From positions 1-64,000 of the forward strand of contig QPGO01000209.1 of NCBI GenBank assembly GCA_008632985.1: DNA of 64,000 nucleotides, written 5' to 3'. Source of the stretch: Psammoneis japonica. Lineage: Eukaryota. Every line of letters begins with the position of its first letter. Positions within the stretch are counted from its first letter, which is position 1. The notes beneath the pieces are model-generated. The model made no database searches. It saw only the letters and a program-made list of their open reading frames with translations, and was not told the origin of the DNA. Below, piece by piece: positions 62,666-64,000 of this stretch. Made by a program: the position numbers and the translations under genes.

Positions 62666-63061
62666 GACGTGTTCCAGCTCTGGGTGGGACCTCGCACTGC
62701 TGAACTGTGACACAATTGTTTTTTGTCATCCGTCGTATGTTTCGCACGCACATTTCTACGTGTTCTGTTATAAAAAATTGTTCCACACTGCCTGTTTTGC
62801 GAAGCCAAAGGCTTTCTGTTGTCTGCACTTGTGTCAACAAAAATGCGCTGGGTGTGTTCTTTAATGTCTAAAGAGCACACCCGGGCACACTGCAAAGAAT
62901 GTACTTCAAGTGTGGAGGAGGAGACACGTTCGCAAAATTGCCTCTTTTTCTGTTGGCGATCATTCACATGTCCATTGCTTGGTGATTTTACTGTGGAGCT
63001 CGCACGCAGAATTCTGCGGGCCCAATGTCACAAAAAGTCCCACCTGGGACTGGAACCCGTC
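62666..63061. mobile_element. 396-bp MITE, copy 1
   Basis: TIRs GACGTGTTCCAGCTCTGGGTGGGAC and GACGGGTTCCAGTCCCAGGTGGGAC; TSD ATTC; removing it restores TLKEFRT. Confidence 0.92.
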
Positions 63062-63102
63062 ATTCTTTCAATGTCTCCACAATGGCGAGCAATTCTCTCT
63101 CC

Positions 63103-63498
63103 GACGTGTTCCAGCTCTGGGTGGGACCTCGCACTGCTGAACTGTGACACAATTGTTTTTTTTCATCCGTCGCATGTTTTGCGCGCACATTTCTGACTGT
63201 TCCATCATGAAAAATTGTTCCACACTGCCTGTTTTGCGAAGCCAAAGGCTTTCTGTCATCTGCACTTGTGTCAACAAAAATGCGCTGGGCATGTTCTTTA
63301 ATGTCTGAAGAATGTGCCCGGGCACACTGCAAAGAATGTGCTTCAAGTGTGGAGGAGGAGATGCGTTCGCAAAATTGCCTCTTTTTCTGTTGGCGATCAT
63401 TCACACATCCATTGCTTGACAATTTTACTGCGGAGCTCGCACGCAGAAATCTGCGGGCCTGATGTCACAAAAAGTCCCACCCAGGACTGGAACCCGTC
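63103..63498. mobile_element. 396-bp MITE, copy 2
   Basis: Same TIRs; TSD CTCC; removing it restores ATTEREL. Confidence 0.92.
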
Positions 63499-63688
63499 CT
63501 CCGTTGTTGCACAATTTAATTGCGCACTGTTGAGCTTTCTGCCACAAAAGGCGACAGGTTTGTTGTCTTGGGATGTGACTGCTCCCAATTGACATTTAGA
63601 GGCATCGGTGTGCACCTCAAAGGATTCATTAAAATCAGGATGTGATGATAAAACATCATCTGACATTGCCCGTTTAACGGTTTTGAAT

Positions 63689-63792
63689 GCCTCGTCTTCA
63701 ACGGACGTCCACTCCCACTTGACAGTCTCGCTTGCGAGTCGCCTCGTCTTCAACGGACGTCCACTCCCACTTGACAGTCTCGCTTGCGAGTC
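63689..63792 (+). repeat. Perfect 52-bp tandem duplication within Gypsy pol
   Basis: GCCTCGTCTTCAACGGACGTCCACTCCCACTTGACAGTCTCGCTTGCGAGTC occurs twice. Confidence 0.92.
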
Positions 63793-64000
63793 GTGTCAGC
63801 GGAGCCAAGACTTCAGAACGTCCAATCCACGGGTCACGGCAGCAGTTGACCATGCCAACAAATGACCGCAGGTCGCGTTCATTGGTTGGGGTCGCGATTT
63901 GCTTAATGGCGTCAACTTTATCAGGCATTGGTCGTGTTCCGTCTCTGTTGACCAGGCAACCCAAGCACTCCAATTGGGTTTGACAGAAGTGAGATTTGGC

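Larger units (their letters stand above)
46200..64000 (-). mobile_element. Ty3/Gypsy element running off the window, fragmented by nested insertions
   Basis: RT/RH at 63500-64000 (CLGCLV, EVHTDAS); RH and integrase N-terminus at 61874-62665; integrase core at 47408-47838 (YDRGTEF, NPQANATVE); C-terminus at 46450-46690; purine tract GGGGGAG, then LTR start TGCAGT at 46423. The distal LTR end is not determined. Confidence 0.92.

Noticed and set aside
59606..62713. 1035-aa ORF as a single novel integrase-gag fusion gene
   Set aside because: It is a chance read-through of MITE end, Gypsy RH/integrase, repeat A1 and YR-element gag; the junctions coincide with insertion boundaries.
3755..64000. 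Alternative genetic code or RNA editing as the explanation for Tyr->Cys/His
   Set aside because: Neighbouring host genes use Tyr normally, and non-coding LTRs, TSDs and split repeats show the same DNA-level changes.
1..64000. Species assignment, tRNA/rRNA genes, Copia primer-binding site
   Set aside because: A diatom is inferred from TE and gene families only. No RNA gene or clear PBS was recognisable by eye.

Overview
Eukaryotic, most likely diatom, genomic DNA. The evidence is CoDi-type Copia elements, diatom-type Gypsy and LINE elements, and a DUF6824-like gene. About three quarters of the window is nested, decayed transposable elements: two Copia elements (one complete, with 276-bp LTRs and a CATTG TSD), two Gypsy elements, a Helitron-like helicase remnant, several MITEs, and a tyrosine-recombinase retrotransposon with split direct repeats (Ngaro/PAT type). 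That last element sits inside a Gypsy integrase and itself carries an 8-kb RNase H-containing LINE. Three host-gene islands (about 1-3750, 30100-34380 and 37330-42840) encode an M12B-like metalloprotease, a DUF6824-like protein, an unknown zinc-finger protein, and two convergent secreted ELWxxD-repeat/TSP3 paralogs. The main observation is that TE blocks, but not the gene islands, have been purged of TpA by transitions (TA->TG, CA or CG). Conserved Tyr residues become Cys/His/Arg, including RT YVDD->CVDD and the recombinase catalytic Tyr->Cys. All 25 differences between the two LTRs of one element are transitions inside pyrimidine-purine dinucleotides. Surviving TpA is mostly in T[CT]TA/TA[AG]A context, and a young MITE inside the block is still unmutated. 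This looks like a repeat-targeted, context-specific A:T->G:C hypermutation process, opposite in direction to fungal RIP. I do not know of a description of it, but I cannot check the literature. All alignments and counts were made by eye.
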